In this document: positions 61,600 through 64,000 of the stretch, piece by piece | How positions within the stretch are numbered: the stretch's first letter is position 1 | How the letters are laid out: each line of letters starts with the position of its first letter | Assembly: GCA_013152325.1 (NCBI GenBank) | Contig: JAADGN010000045.1 | Span: 18,310 to 82,309 of the forward strand | Direction: 5' to 3' | DNA: 64,000 bases | Origin: Chloroflexota bacterium | GTDB taxonomy: Bacteria; Chloroflexota; Anaerolineae; Anaerolineales; Villigracilaceae | Made by a program: the position numbers and the translations under genes | Notes under the pieces: model-generated | What the model was told of the DNA's origin: nothing | The model's input: only the letters and a program-made list of their open reading frames with translations | The model's database searches: none

Positions 61600-62112
61600 T
61601 TAACTCCGCGCATAATAGCGAGCCTGCTCCGCTTTTTTTACCAATTCCAAACCACTGGTTTTCAGGATATGCTCCAGCATCTCTTGCCCTGCGGCAAATC
61701 CCACACGCCCGCGCACTTCACCCTGAAATTCGACTTTGCCCAGCGTACGGAACTCAAAGTGGGACGCGTCACCGATCACCTGAACAGACTGTCCCCAACG
61801 GGCAGGCAGGACGTTCACTTTCCGGATTTCAGGCCAGCCCAGCCGCACACGGCGCAGTCCATTCTCGAAGGCGATCCCGTCCGGATCGATTCGGATGACA
61901 GTCCGTCGATCCATCCAGTTGCCCAGCGAGATGCTCAACGCAGCGAAGAGCAGGAAGCCCCAGAAAACCCAAGCCACCGCCGGGATCGTGCCCAACACCC
62001 AATGCAAGGCAAACAAACTCAGGCTGACAACCAGCGCCAAGGCCCAGGCAGTCGTCTCACCGCGGCGGGAAATTAATTCAGGGCGAAATTCGCGAGTCTC
62101 GTTCTCAAACAT
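61600..62112 (-). CDS. two-TM membrane protein with cytoplasmic PH-like domain, unknown function
   Basis: MFENETREF... The ATG at 62112 lies 8 nt after an extended -10 (TGTATAAT, 62128-62121), which suggests a leaderless or very short-leader mRNA. Confidence 0.6.
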   Translation of the reverse strand: MFENETREFRPELISRRGETTAWALALVVSLSLFALHWVLGTIPAVAWVFWGFLLFAALSISLGNWMDRRTVIRIDPDGIAFENGLRRVRLGWPEIRKVNVLPARWGQSVQVIGDASHFEFRTLGKVEFQGEVRGRVGFAAGQEMLEHILKTSGLELVKKAEQARYYARS

Positions 62113-62231
62113 GCGCCTATTATACAGCAAAAGTGGGGGCCCTCTGGCGAGTTATCCCGCGAATTGGTCGTGATTGGCCCGATTTCCATAAAAGGCTATT
62201 GTGCTATAATTTACCCCATTGTGGAGGCTCC

Positions 62232-62735
62232 ATGAATGCGCCAGTGCTTGTTCTGAACGCCAATTTCGAGCCAATCAACGTATGCAATACCCGGCGAGCC
62301 ATTGGGTTAATCCTTACCGGAAAAGCCGCCATGGTGATGAACGGACGCGGCTGGATTCACACCGTTTCACAAGAATTTCCCCGCCCGTCCATCATCCGTT
62401 TGGAGTACATGATCCGCCGCCCGCGTCCGCAGGTCAGGTTGACGCGCCGCGAAGTCTTCCGGCGAGACCAATACACCTGTCAGTATTGTGGACGCCGCGT
62501 CCCCAACCTGACTGTTGACCACGTCATCCCCAAACGATTGGGCGGCCAGCACACCTGGACCAACGTCGTCGCGGCCTGTTCGACCTGTAATCACCGCAAG
62601 GGCGGACGCCGTCTGAGCGAAGTACACATGAAATTGCTCCGCCAGCCAAAAGAGCCGCCGGCCAGCGCTGCCTACATTTTTGGAAGGCACCTGAATGAAA
62701 ACGACGAGTGGGAACCTTATATCAACGGCTGGTAA
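62232..62735 (+). CDS. HNH endonuclease family protein
   Basis: GGAGG lies upstream of the ATG at 62232. Motif: CQYCGRRVPNLTVDHVIPKRLGGQHTWTNVVAACSTCNHRKG. Confidence 0.8.
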   Translation: MNAPVLVLNANFEPINVCNTRRAIGLILTGKAAMVMNGRGWIHTVSQEFPRPSIIRLEYMIRRPRPQVRLTRREVFRRDQYTCQYCGRRVPNLTVDHVIPKRLGGQHTWTNVVAACSTCNHRKGGRRLSEVHMKLLRQPKEPPASAAYIFGRHLNENDEWEPYINGW

Positions 62736-62743
62736 GCGAATCA

Positions 62744-62779
62744 AAAGCCTGGTTTCATGATGAAACCAGGCTTTTTTTA
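62744..62779. terminator. bidirectional terminator between convergent genes
   Basis: AAAGCCTGGTTTCAT-G-ATGAAACCAGGCTTT palindrome followed by TTTT. Confidence 0.75.
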
Positions 62780-62794
62780 CAGAGATCCGGAAGC

Positions 62795-63550
62795 CTAGAA
62801 TTCTAACGTCATAAAGTCCTCGGCCAGCGCGACATCTCCCCCATAACTCTGACGAGCCTCGGCAATCAGATCGCCACGCTGATACTGCCCGGTCGGGTAA
62901 TGGATCAGGTACAGCGCGCCGACTTCGGCCTGCCGAGCGATATCGGCAGCCTGGGCAGCGGATGAATGTCCCTGGAACGCGCCGGAGGCCTCATGGATCA
63001 ACACGTCCGCCCCATCAGCCAAACGCACGACCTGCTCGCAAGGCGCGGTATCGCATGAATAAGCCATCACCTTCTGCGTGGCATTGAATTCAACCCGCAG
63101 ACCAATCGTGGGGATCAAGTGACAGACCGGCGAGGCATAAAAATGGAAATCCGGGCAATCGAGCACAGTGGTCATTTCGTTGGCGGGCAAACGGTAAAAA
63201 GCCACGGGAAAGAAATTCGGCCAATCTGACCAGGAATAGAATTCCATCAAATCTTCAACACGATCCAGCGTGTAATGCAGTCCGTACACGTTGAGCGGAC
63301 GACGTCGCCCCATCAGCCACATGTTCATCAACAGGAGCGGCACACCGGAAACGTGATCGGGGTGAAAATGGGTCAGGATCAAATCAGTCAGGCTGTTGAA
63401 ATCCACTCCCGCCCGCTGCAAGCGCAGGATTGGATTGCTGACACAATCGATCAACACCGTGCGCTCCTGCCCCACAACGATCATGTGCGTATTCTCGTGG
63501 TCTTTGTCAGGAATAGCGTTTGACGATCCCAAAATAATGACTTTAGCCAT
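62795..63550 (-). CDS. MBL-fold metallo-hydrolase (RNase Z/ElaC-like small form)
   Basis: ILTHFHPDHVSG (HxHxDH) and a later HEASG motif. Confidence 0.8.
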   Translation of the reverse strand: MAKVIILGSSNAIPDKDHENTHMIVVGQERTVLIDCVSNPILRLQRAGVDFNSLTDLILTHFHPDHVSGVPLLLMNMWLMGRRRPLNVYGLHYTLDRVEDLMEFYSWSDWPNFFPVAFYRLPANEMTTVLDCPDFHFYASPVCHLIPTIGLRVEFNATQKVMAYSCDTAPCEQVVRLADGADVLIHEASGAFQGHSSAAQAADIARQAEVGALYLIHYPTGQYQRGDLIAEARQSYGGDVALAEDFMTLEF

Positions 63551-63578
63551 ATTTCTCCATTGACAAAATTTTGTGCGT

Positions 63579-64000
63579 TTACCCCATCACCTTCAAGAGC
63601 AAATTAGGGGTAATATACGTTTCAATGGCAGCGGCGATTGCCAACATTGGCAGCACCAGTCCCACGCAAATCTTGAACCAGTTGGCTAACGCCTGGATGA
63701 ACACCTCCCCCATCGTCCTGGTCGGATCCGGCGTGACCAGCATTGCGCCAAGATACAAAACGGCCGCACTGGCAAACATCACCGCCGGGAACTCAAAGAT
63801 GCCATGCGGAAGCAGGCCAGCCCAAAAGATCGTCCACGGGGAAAAACCAAACAGTTGGAAGAATGCCAGCGCCGCGCCGACAACGCTCATATTCGCCACG
63901 AACACCAATGCGCCCAGCACCCCAAAAGAGAACATCCCCAAGAACAGCATGATCATAACCGCTTGCATGTTATGCCCGAAAATCGTCAGGAAGGAAAACT
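63579..64000 (-). CDS. SpoIIM/DUF95-like membrane protein, C-terminal part (gene continues past the window end)
   Basis: The frame stays open upstream of the listed Met (my translation of 64000-63969 gives ...FSFLTIFGHN before MQAVMIM). GLLPHGIFEFPA motif is present. Confidence 0.65.
   Translation of the reverse strand, partial: FSFLTIFGHNMQAVMIMLFLGMFSFGVLGALVFVANMSVVGAALAFFQLFGFSPWTIFWAGLLPHGIFEFPAVMFASAAVLYLGAMLVTPDPTRTMGEVFIQALANWFKICVGLVLPMLAIAAAIETYITPNLLLKVMG

Overview
GC-rich bacterial chromosomal window (GC judged by eye, not computed) with about 60 protein genes and 4 tRNA genes. I saw no rRNA, CRISPR array, transposase or prophage. The ORF track reports TTG/GTG starts as M, so many listed ORFs are over-extended; I re-set starts using RBS spacing, stop/start overlaps and predicted promoters. 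Layout: (1) 1-28.9 kb is a copper/redox cell-envelope island. It holds a NarL-type two-component pair and an 11-ORF minus-strand unit (Cys/His-rich small protein, CsoR-like repressor, CopA ATPase, YHS protein, Cys-rich exported protein, CcdA, DUF3105, DUF2085, cytochrome c). It also holds a Rieske protein, three cupredoxins (two with complete CuA ligand sets), a NapH-like Fe-S membrane protein, a MacB/FtsX-type ABC system and a cystathionine gamma-lyase / beta-synthase pair. (2) 29-36.9 kb holds a Dpp/Opp-type peptide ABC importer and two membrane proteins. (3) 36.9-37.7 kb holds a tRNA-Leu(UAA) gene split by a group I intron that carries an HNH endonuclease ORF. (4) 37.7-50.3 kb is housekeeping (plsC-like, MFS, dgt, greA, topA, GDP-mannose enzyme, dprA, rimM, KH protein, rpsP, ffh). 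(5) 50.5-50.8 kb holds tRNA-Phe/Gly/Cys. (6) 51-60.2 kb holds a 999-aa sensor kinase and a 2001-aa REC-REC-PAS-GAF-HD-GYP protein. (7) 60.3-64 kb holds tyrS, an HNH protein, an MBL hydrolase and a SpoIIM-like gene. Main hunt results: five copies of a 7-2-7 inverted repeat sit exactly 23 bp upstream of six promoters, tying the island into one apparent regulon. The CcdA homologue looks circularly permuted. A DUF1573-like exported protein has an in-frame TGA inside its Cys motif followed by a SECIS-like hairpin (candidate selenoprotein). Two paralogous uncharacterised C-x-CPHHG-x5-CDC proteins head regulon operons. An operon encodes two orphan CuA-type cupredoxins. All family assignments rest on motif recognition by eye; no database search was run.
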